Origin: an uncultured Christensenella sp.
Lineage (GTDB): Bacteria; Bacillota; Clostridia; Christensenellales; CAG-917
Length of the DNA stretch: 64,000 bases
Direction: 5' to 3'
Assembly (NCBI GenBank): GCA_910578325.1
Contig: CAJTQT010000002.1
Location: forward strand, 235,074 to 299,073
The translations under genes and the position numbers were made by a program. The notes beneath the pieces were generated by a model. The model made no database searches, was not told the DNA's origin, and saw only the letters and a list, made by a program, of their open reading frames with translations. Below, one piece after another: positions 40,099-46,516 of this stretch (position 1 is the stretch's first letter; each line of letters begins with the position of its first letter).

Positions 40099-40836
40099 TT
40101 ATTCAGTTTTGCCGTCGCTGTCCCGGCGCGCGTCGTCTTCTTCCGCCCGCTCATCCGAAGGTTTATCCGATTTTAGATAGTCTTCAAGCAATTTTCGTTT
40201 TTGCTCCTCGCTCATATCGTCAAGCGCAACTTTTTTCTCTGCGTTTGCGGCGTTTTCCTTTTCAAGCCTGTCGCGCACGTATCCCACTATCAGCAATATT
40301 CCGACAATACACAGCGGCAAAGCGATAAGCAAAACGTACCCATACCAGTGCGATAGAAATCTGCGAAGACCGCCTATAAATACAGATTTATGCAGATAAA
40401 CCGCTTTTATGTTGGACGGAGACAGCCGCCATTCGTCAATACCAACCGAGGGATTGTCTCCTTTCGTTTTAAAATAAAGCACGCTTCCGTCTTCCGCCCT
40501 TACGACTTCCACAATCCTATGCGTTATGTTACGACCTTTCAACTGTCCGCTCGGTGCGATAAACGTAATTATATCGCCCGCTTTCAGCGATTCGGCATCC
40601 TCAACTTTCTTTGAGACGATAACTTCGCCCTGTTCTATCGTTCCCGACATACTGTCAGTCACGACGTCGAATATATAGTATCCGAATATGCTCGAATCGC
40701 CACCGCTCTTACGCTGCCACATCATCAGCGAGACGATTACAACCAAAAACACAAACACCACCGCCACTATGACGGTGGATATGATATTGTAAATCTTTTT
40801 AGCCTTTGACTGCTCTTTCTTTTCTCGTTTAGACAT
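40099..40836 (-). CDS. Archaeal-type (S26B, SipW-like) signal peptidase I paralog 'D' with a C-terminal TM and a charged cytoplasmic tail
   Basis: N-terminal TM anchor, 'VVTDSMSGTI' (Ser motif), 'ITHRIVEV' (His motif), 'TKGDNPSVGIDEW', a C-terminal TM, and the tail '..MSEEQKRKLLEDYL..'. Confidence 0.7.
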   Translation of the reverse strand: MSKREKKEQSKAKKIYNIISTVIVAVVFVFLVVIVSLMMWQRKSGGDSSIFGYYIFDVVTDSMSGTIEQGEVIVSKKVEDAESLKAGDIITFIAPSGQLKGRNITHRIVEVVRAEDGSVLYFKTKGDNPSVGIDEWRLSPSNIKAVYLHKSVFIGGLRRFLSHWYGYVLLIALPLCIVGILLIVGYVRDRLEKENAANAEKKVALDDMSEEQKRKLLEDYLKSDKPSDERAEEDDARRDSDGKTE

Positions 40837-40869
40837 TTGATTTTACGGCTTCTTTATACGCTTAATAAT

Positions 40870-43239
40870 TCAGTCGCCGTTATGCTCTCCGTCTTCTTTC
40901 TCTTCGGATTTGTGGTGTTCGTCGTCTGACTTATTCTCGGCTTTACGACCTCTTGCCAGCATTCCGAACGGATCGTTTATGTTAAATCCGTCCTTAAACC
41001 TTATTCCCCCGACTGCAACTTTCTTTTCGTCTACGGGTTCTATACTCTTTTTTCTCTTGTTGCGTTTCGGCGCGGGCTGTTCTGGGACAGATTCGCCCTG
41101 CGTGACAGCGCTTTCCTCTTCCGCTCCGATTTCCGATTGCGGATTTTCGTCAGTCTCCGTTTCTTTGTTCTCCGACGGTTTATCTTCTTCGGGAATCTCT
41201 GTCTGTACAGGCTGGACGTCGGCTTCTTCCATTTCAGCGTCGCTTTCAGCAACGTCTTCCGAATCAGTCGCGGTCTCATCAACCGCAGGCTCTGCCTCAC
41301 TGTCGGTTTCGGTTATATCAGAAATCTCGTCAACGTCGGTCTTTTCCTGTTCCGCGTCCGATTCGGAGTTTTCATTCGCATAAGTATTTTCCTCGGACGG
41401 TTCTGTCTCAATGCTCTCCGCCTCGACGTCACAGGTGGCGGTTTCGTCAATTTCGGCGATAATTTCGTTTTGAGAATCGCATTCTTCCGCCGATTCCGAC
41501 TCGGTTATATCGCTATCCGATTCTTTTGCTTTATTCGCCTCTTCGAGCATACGTCTGCGCTCAGCCAGAAGTTCTTCTTCTCTCTTCGCCTCGGCAAGTT
41601 TTGCCATCTGATAACCGAAAGGATCAATGCCGTAATGCACAGTCGCGTCGTGTTGCAACAGATCGGCGTTCTTTTCCAAATCCTCGCGGTGTTTTGCAAA
41701 CGCGGCGGCGCGCTTTTCCATTTCCGCAATTCGGTGACGGATTCTCTCCTGCCGCACACGCTCGTCGATTTCTTCCTGCTTGATTCTGCGGTAAGAAATG
41801 AGACATCTGTCAACCGCGTCCTTTACTTTTGCGATATCCTCCTGTTTGAGTTTATCGTCGTCGGGACGTTTATAAAGTTTGCGTACTTCGTAAAGATGCC
41901 GGTCAAATTTTTCGACGTCCGCGTCGAGGTCGACTTCCTCCTGATCTGCCTTAGGCGCAATTTCTTTGAGCCTTTCGACTTCGACGGGTTTTTCGACTTC
42001 GACCTCCTGAATGATTTCTTTTTCTTTATCTTTTTCGCGCTCTTCAACCTCAGGTTGACGTTCTTGATTCTGCGGAGTTTCAGCGTCGGATTCCTGCGTT
42101 TTGTCTTCGGGTTGACGTTCCTCATCAAGCGACGTCTCCGCTTCTTCGTTTTCTTGCGGCGTAACATCTTCTATTCTGTCTTCTTCGTCTTTCAACTCGT
42201 CGTCCAGTTTCTGAGCATATTCGTCCCGATTGAGTTCGTCTTTCTGGAAATCCATATCGCCAACGCGCAGGAAATCTGAAAATTCTTTATCTTCCATATC
42301 CATATCGGTCTCGTGTTGCTCGTACATACTCTCAAAAATCATCGTATTGAGAGTGACCATATTTTTCAGATTGTCCACGTTATCCGTTTCGATATCGTAG
42401 TTTTCAACCTCGTCGGATGTGGAAAAACCGCCCGTAGCGTTGTAAGTTTCGATAAACTGCCATAGTGTAAGCGCTTTTTTAAAATTCGGCTCTTTCAGGA
42501 TGACGTTCGTACGCATAATAGGCGGACGGACGGGCGCGGAATTGCGCATAGATTTTGCAAAAGACGACGACAAAAAGTCTGTAATAATGCGGTCTATTTT
42601 GGCAACGCGCTCGATTTTGGTCAGAGTGTCGGGATCTAAACGCATAACCTCGTCAAAACTGAGTTGCGCAAAATATTCGGTTCTGAAAGTAACCTTTTTA
42701 CTCGGCAGATTAAAACGCGATTCAACGTCAAGTTCAAGCACGTCCTGCGTTGCGGACGCCTTTTTGATCTTATCGTATCGCATCGTGACAAAATCTTTGA
42801 GTTTAAGAAGCAAAGTATAGATAAAACGGTTTTCGTAAATTTCAAACGACTCTTCTTTTGTGATATTGAGTATTTTGCTGGGAGTAACCATTCCGTCCTT
42901 ATCGACTTTGGATATCATATTCGTATGCTGCGCGAGAAACTTGACGGATTCCGTCGAAATACTGCGCGCAAGAGACACGTCCACAATATCCTCTTCCTGT
43001 ACGATAAATTTTCGAGGGTTACGGACAATCGTATCGAGATTCGGCAGAATTTCTTCTATCGTATCGATCCAGTCAATAGAAATATCCTGTATAAGACGTT
43101 TTTTCGCCAACTTGAAATTCGACGAGCCTTTATCTACGCGTTTTTTAAACTGCTCGTAGAACTCCTCGTTTTTCAGAACGGATACGATTTTGTGCGCATA
43201 CTGCCTGTATACGTCTCTGGTAATCTGATTTTCAGCCAT
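40870..43239 (-). CDS. McrC/DUF2357-N-like protein lacking a recognisable nuclease, with a roughly 450-aa acidic, coiled-coil, low-complexity C-terminal region
   Basis: Residues 1 to about 330 contain 'FEIYENRFIYTLLLKLKDF' and '..ILKEPNFKKALTLWQFI', which resemble the helical pre-nuclease part of DUF2357/McrC partners of McrB-type NTPases. It lies immediately downstream of a McrB-family gene. I could not find a PD-(D/E)xK pattern. This is motif-level recognition only. Confidence 0.45.
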   Translation of the reverse strand: MAENQITRDVYRQYAHKIVSVLKNEEFYEQFKKRVDKGSSNFKLAKKRLIQDISIDWIDTIEEILPNLDTIVRNPRKFIVQEEDIVDVSLARSISTESVKFLAQHTNMISKVDKDGMVTPSKILNITKEESFEIYENRFIYTLLLKLKDFVTMRYDKIKKASATQDVLELDVESRFNLPSKKVTFRTEYFAQLSFDEVMRLDPDTLTKIERVAKIDRIITDFLSSSFAKSMRNSAPVRPPIMRTNVILKEPNFKKALTLWQFIETYNATGGFSTSDEVENYDIETDNVDNLKNMVTLNTMIFESMYEQHETDMDMEDKEFSDFLRVGDMDFQKDELNRDEYAQKLDDELKDEEDRIEDVTPQENEEAETSLDEERQPEDKTQESDAETPQNQERQPEVEEREKDKEKEIIQEVEVEKPVEVERLKEIAPKADQEEVDLDADVEKFDRHLYEVRKLYKRPDDDKLKQEDIAKVKDAVDRCLISYRRIKQEEIDERVRQERIRHRIAEMEKRAAAFAKHREDLEKNADLLQHDATVHYGIDPFGYQMAKLAEAKREEELLAERRRMLEEANKAKESDSDITESESAEECDSQNEIIAEIDETATCDVEAESIETEPSEENTYANENSESDAEQEKTDVDEISDITETDSEAEPAVDETATDSEDVAESDAEMEEADVQPVQTEIPEEDKPSENKETETDENPQSEIGAEEESAVTQGESVPEQPAPKRNKRKKSIEPVDEKKVAVGGIRFKDGFNINDPFGMLARGRKAENKSDDEHHKSEEKEDGEHNGD

Positions 43240-43443
43240 AATACTTTTTTTATATTTGCCGTTTGCTCACCCAGATATCTCTTGCTGAAATCGGGTTTTC
43301 TATTCCGCGCCCGCACGACGCATCGGTCTGAACCGACAAGCCGTACGTTTGCGTTTTAGTTTATAACAGCGCAAATCATTTACTGCCTGCGTGTAACCGC
43401 CGACAACTGCACTCCCAAAAGTGCCTCAACGTCAATTATGCCG

Positions 43444-44958
43444 TTAGAACAGTTTCTTCAATCTGTTGATATATTCCTTGCTCTCCTGCATATTCTCTTC
43501 GCCGAAAAGTTCACTCAGATAAAGCACGAGCCCGTCGATTTCATCACGGATATACGAAAGGTTGAGCGATTCGAACTTTCTGAAAATCTTGTTGCAGAGC
43601 ACGTAATCCAGACCGTCGAGTTCGCTTCCGCCGCAACCGACGTAAGACGGAACAAATTCTTTCAACTGCTTTACGATACGGTTTCCGAACGCGAGTCGGA
43701 AATGCTCGATTACGTAATCGTCAAGTTGATTTATCTTATCAAGATTATCCTGCGAGACCTGATATATTTCCTGGGACTTTTTAAACTCCGCTTCAAGATG
43801 CTTATAACTTATAAACAAATTATCTTCCCACGGCGCTTCGAAAGCAATACCTTTACTGTTAATGTTGATAGGCATAGCACGGTCGTAAACCTTATCAGAA
43901 ATCGCAAACGTAGAGTCGTCGTTGTTAGCCGTTCCGATAAACCACATATTCTGCGGCAGTTGGAATCTACCCTTCTCGATATGCTTAGGGTCGTTCGGCC
44001 AGCCGGACGGCACAAGGTCGACAATCCATTCGTCGCGCGACGGCATTTCGAGTATGGACAACATTTCCGCAAAGTAGTATTCCACACGCGCGATGTTCAT
44101 TTCGTCGAGAACGGTGAGGTAAATCTGGTCGTTCCACGTTGCCTCGTACATCTTCTTTAAAACTTCGGTTTCGTTGAAACGTTTCGTAAATTCGTTAAAA
44201 TAACCGAAAAGTTCGGTACGGTCACGCCAAGACGGCTGTACGGAAGCGATTGTCGCGGGATTGTTTAGGAATATGCCCATAGCGTGCGGCAACGACGTCT
44301 TACCTGTACCTGATATACCCTGCAATATAAGCAGTCTCGACGTCGAAAGGCTTGCCACAAACAGCCTTATTATACGCGGCTGATAAAAAAGTTTCATACG
44401 CGAACAGGCAAAGTTGCGGAACTTATCGCAAAACTGCGGCAAAGTAATTTCGTCGTCATAGACAGGCGGAACATAGTTCTCGTAAATCTTATCGATTTCG
44501 GTAAGTTTGTAAAAACGGGATTCTCCCGACGGACTCTTTTCCTTGCCTTCTTCGCCTTCCGAGCCTTCCTCGCCTTCATAGTTGCCGATATCGCTGACTC
44601 GCATACTCAGTATACGGTCTTTCTCCGCGCTCATCTTTATAATCTGTTTTTTGAGATTCGCGCATTCTTCAACCAAATCCTGCGGCAGAACTTTCGCCTT
44701 GCCCAGTCTTGCAAGTTTGCGCAATCCCATAATGGCAAGTACGATTATAGCAACCATAACCGCTACTATCAGAATAATGAAGATGATGGCGACGGCCCAT
44801 TCGCCCGCGCCGAAATATTCGGTGTAATTTTTGAAAGCGTCAGAATAACCCTCGTTGTAAAAAATATGTAAGAAGCCCCAGAAAATACTCCCGATTCCCT
44901 TATCGTAAAACGCTCCGAGAAACGCTTTAAGAAATTCAAATACAAGATTGATATTCAT
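43444..44958 (-). CDS. McrB-family (COG1401/AAA_5-like) NTPase with an N-terminal transmembrane anchor
   Basis: Walker A 'ILQGISGTGKTSL', 'VQPSWRDRTELFGYFN', Walker B and family signature 'LTVLDEMNIARVEYYFAEMLSILE', and 'FIGTANNDDSTFAISDKVYDRA' (an NxxD-type motif, as in McrB MNTADRS). The N-terminus has the hydrophobic helix 'WAVAIIFIILIVAVMVAIIVLAIMGL'. Confidence 0.65.
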   Translation of the reverse strand: MNINLVFEFLKAFLGAFYDKGIGSIFWGFLHIFYNEGYSDAFKNYTEYFGAGEWAVAIIFIILIVAVMVAIIVLAIMGLRKLARLGKAKVLPQDLVEECANLKKQIIKMSAEKDRILSMRVSDIGNYEGEEGSEGEEGKEKSPSGESRFYKLTEIDKIYENYVPPVYDDEITLPQFCDKFRNFACSRMKLFYQPRIIRLFVASLSTSRLLILQGISGTGKTSLPHAMGIFLNNPATIASVQPSWRDRTELFGYFNEFTKRFNETEVLKKMYEATWNDQIYLTVLDEMNIARVEYYFAEMLSILEMPSRDEWIVDLVPSGWPNDPKHIEKGRFQLPQNMWFIGTANNDDSTFAISDKVYDRAMPININSKGIAFEAPWEDNLFISYKHLEAEFKKSQEIYQVSQDNLDKINQLDDYVIEHFRLAFGNRIVKQLKEFVPSYVGCGGSELDGLDYVLCNKIFRKFESLNLSYIRDEIDGLVLYLSELFGEENMQESKEYINRLKKLF

Positions 44959-45080
44959 AACAATTATTTATTTTATACTCTTCTAAGTTATGCTTGCGCG
45001 TACGCAAACGCAAGTGCGCTTATATGCGTACGCAAGCGGACGGAATATCCGTCAAACCCCCTATTACAGTCCCGAACCGA

Positions 45081-46037
45081 TTATTCCTCGGTTTCATCGG
45101 GAGCGGAAGACTCCTCTTCGGGCTCAGCCGTTTCGGAAATTTCTTCCTTATCTGATCCCGCGGGTATGAGCGTTTGCTCTGCCTGCGCCTCGGATTCCTG
45201 CTTTTCCCTGCTCAACGATGCGAGATATTCCTCCGCAAGACGACGCTTTTCTTCGTCGCTCAGACTGTCCACCGTAACGACCTGCTCTCCTGCAACCTTC
45301 TTGTTGTTTTCGAGTTTAGCAATGACCAAAGTGCGCACCAGAATAAATGCGTAAATTACAAACAAAAGAATCAGCGGAAGCACTACAATGCAGAAGAAAC
45401 GAGTTTTACCTTCCACCGGATCTTGCATAAAGTTTCCGAGTGCGCCCGCGCCTTTGAGCATTTTACCGCTTGTAAAGATAAGTTCTCCGTTTTCACCCTC
45501 GGATACATCTCCCCATACGGCGACGATATCCTCCGGCGAAACTTTATGTTTATCCCAAGACGAATGGTCTGCGTCCTCAGCAACCGTATCCTGCCATCTG
45601 CCTTCCTGATTATCGCCGCGGGTGCGTATAGCCGTAACCGTGCCGGCAGCATTCTTTTCAATACCTACTACTCTGTGCGAGTTGAAGTCCGGATAATTAG
45701 AACCTGCCTGATAACGCAGAAATTTAAACGTGATAACCTGTCCGACTTTAAGGTCCGCTCCGTCTCCGCTGTACGCTGTCGAAATGATAACGTCGTTCTT
45801 TTTGAACGTCGGAGCCATCGAGTCCGAAGCAACCGAGAAATAGCAGTTATCGCCGACGCGTGTAATGTTGTCGGGATTAGCCGAACGTATGATAGTGAAA
45901 ATGGCGACAACCAGTGCAAAAACTATCAAAACGATACAAATAACGTTCACAACCCAATTGAGAATGGTCCTTACCTTCTGTTGAGAGGGCGTGAGTTCTT
46001 TCTTCTCTTTCTGAGAAGACTTTGCGAAAATATTCAT
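45081..46037 (-). CDS. Archaeal-type (S26B, SipW-like) signal peptidase I paralog 'A' with a C-terminal TM and an acidic cytoplasmic tail
   Basis: N-terminal TM, 'VASDSMAPTF', 'SHRVVGIE', 'TRGDNQEG', a C-terminal TM 'FFCIVVLPLILLFVIYAFILV', and the tail '..LSDEEKRRLAEEYL..'. A strong SD (AAGGAG) precedes the ATG. Confidence 0.7.
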   Translation of the reverse strand: MNIFAKSSQKEKKELTPSQQKVRTILNWVVNVICIVLIVFALVVAIFTIIRSANPDNITRVGDNCYFSVASDSMAPTFKKNDVIISTAYSGDGADLKVGQVITFKFLRYQAGSNYPDFNSHRVVGIEKNAAGTVTAIRTRGDNQEGRWQDTVAEDADHSSWDKHKVSPEDIVAVWGDVSEGENGELIFTSGKMLKGAGALGNFMQDPVEGKTRFFCIVVLPLILLFVIYAFILVRTLVIAKLENNKKVAGEQVVTVDSLSDEEKRRLAEEYLASLSREKQESEAQAEQTLIPAGSDKEEISETAEPEEESSAPDETEE

Positions 46038-46227
46038 AAATTTTCTCCTTAGATGCCTTGCCGCGTTCTTTCCCGAGACTTATTGCCGTAAACAGTGCGA
46101 CGCCGCACCGCCGAGATAAAACCCAACCGCTATTGACATCATCGGGCCATACTTATTGCCATTTAAAGCGCTTTGCGCCCTTCACCCGAATGACTTTGCT
46201 GTACCTGCGGACAAGCCGCATATATAA

Positions 46228-46256
46228 ATTATATATGAATATAAAATTAATGTCAA
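46228..46256 (-). promoter_or_regulatory. Consensus sigmaA-type promoter for the four-gene unit
   Basis: On the minus strand: TTGACA (46256-46251), a 17-nt spacer, then TATAAT (46233-46228). Both hexamers match the consensus perfectly. The promoter sits in an AT-rich tract about 190 nt upstream of the first ATG. Confidence 0.65.
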
Positions 46257-46451
46257 TATACGAAATTGCCGTTAATAAATTAAAATTAGCAAAATTGCAA
46301 TAAAATATATGAGCAACGCAAATGCAGTATGTTTGTGAATCGTCCATATACAATAAAATTAAAACTTTGTTATCTGGAAGCAATGCGCAAGACATAGGTT
46401 TTGTAACTGTCTACTTATGAAATATTAAAATTACGTCTATTTAGTTTTTTG

Positions 46452-46487
46452 TAAGAAAAAGGCACTTTTACATTAAAAGTGCCTTTA
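46452..46487 (-). terminator. Rho-independent terminator of the EF-G paralog gene
   Basis: On the minus strand: AAAGGCACTTTTA-atg-TAAAAGTGCCTTT followed by TTCTT. Confidence 0.7.
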
Positions 46488-46516
46488 ATGATTGTATCAA
46501 TACAGTAAGCGCCGGA

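Noticed and set aside
41137-42279. 380-aa plus-strand ORF (with neighbours 40910..41383 and 42664..43359) opposite the 789-aa gene
   Set aside because: It is an antisense shadow of a GA-rich acidic coding region. Its translation is F/L/R-rich low-complexity sequence with no motifs, and the minus-strand frame has the coherent domain structure.
45021-45033. 13-nt identity TATATGCGTACGC shared with 48693-48705 (upstream of murI)
   Set aside because: For 64 kb read on both strands, on the order of a hundred chance 13-mer matches are expected. No further flanking similarity is present.
40099-46037. Interpreting the cluster as a classical type IV (McrBC) restriction system or a mobile defence island
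   Set aside because: No PD-(D/E)xK nuclease motif or DNA-binding N-domain is visible. There is no integrase, transposase or flanking direct repeats. Codon and GC character look like the surrounding core genes, judged by eye rather than computed.
46058-46395. Small ORFs 46058..46303(+) and 46153..46395(-) in the long intergenic region
   Set aside because: They span the AT-rich promoter and the leader of the four-gene unit. They have no SD and implausible composition. The region is better explained as regulatory.
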